DNA of 64,000 nucleotides from the NCBI RefSeq assembly GCF_018977255.1, contig NW_024704743.1, positions 59,894,001 through 59,958,000 of the forward strand. Reading direction: 5' to 3'. The notes beneath the pieces are model-generated. The model saw nothing but the letters and a program-made list of their open reading frames with translations, did no database searches and was not told the origin of the DNA. Source of the stretch: Callorhinchus milii. Its lineage: Eukaryota. Shown one piece after another: positions 63,674 to 64,000 of the stretch. Both the position numbers and the translations under genes were made by a program. Each line of letters begins with the position of its first letter. Position 1 is the stretch's first letter.

Positions 63674-64000
63674 CGTCAGTCTCGGAGCTGGAGGGTATGT
63701 CGGTCGGTCGGCAGACAGACAGGCAGGAAGGCAGGAAGGCGGGCAGGCAGGCAGGCAGGGTGTGTGCGTGCTGGGAGAGTCTAGTCTATGCAGACATGAC
63801 TGTGTGCTGAGGAGGCGCTGGCAGACTGTGGCTGTGGGTGCAGCGAAGGTTTGGTTAAGTCCCTAATTGCGCTGTTACGCACTGGGTGGATCTGTTCCAT
63901 TGGACGGAACGCGCAGCCATCAGCAACACCCTAACCCGTTCAACCCGTTTAACACAACACCTCACACAAGCCCTTAAAAAAAACACAAAACCAACGACTG
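63674..64000 (-). promoter_or_regulatory. Dlx5 5' UTR and proximal promoter
   Basis: GC-rich leader upstream of ATG 63673. CCAAT on - strand at 63899-63903 and a TAATTG site near 63864. uORF at 63786-63797. Confidence 0.6.

Noticed and set aside
63161..63784. 207-aa ORF antisense to Dlx5 exon 1
   Set aside because: Shadow ORF of a GC-rich coding exon with a non-ATG start and no recognisable domain.

Overview
Vertebrate genomic DNA, most likely from a cartilaginous fish (inferred from HER1/CR1-type, L2 and shark-type Penelope-associated repeats). It contains the complete convergently transcribed Dlx6 (+ strand, 3 coding exons, 44090-48828, 244 aa) / Dlx5 (- strand, 3 coding exons, 63673-60146, 277 aa) homeobox gene pair. 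The ~11.3 kb between the stop codons holds a clearly recognisable I56i enhancer (~50157-50395) and a probable I56ii (~54300-54800). The first ~33 kb is gene-free, CpG-poor and full of decayed L2 and CR1 LINEs and tRNA-derived SINEs, including LF-SINE-like copies. From ~33.7 kb on, the DNA becomes CpG-rich and almost free of long LINE fragments. I see no convincing wholly new biological system. The best leads are: a 3-codon uORF (MSA*) in the Dlx5 leader that appears conserved to mammals; a 135-bp TSD-flanked insertion carrying a minimal hammerhead ribozyme relic; an L2/SINE pair sharing a 3' stem-loop; a candidate MEF2 enhancer upstream of Dlx6; and a possible Evf2/Dlx6os-like antisense unit. 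All comparisons to human/mouse or repeat consensus sequences are from memory and need confirming by alignment. Repeat boundaries are approximate.
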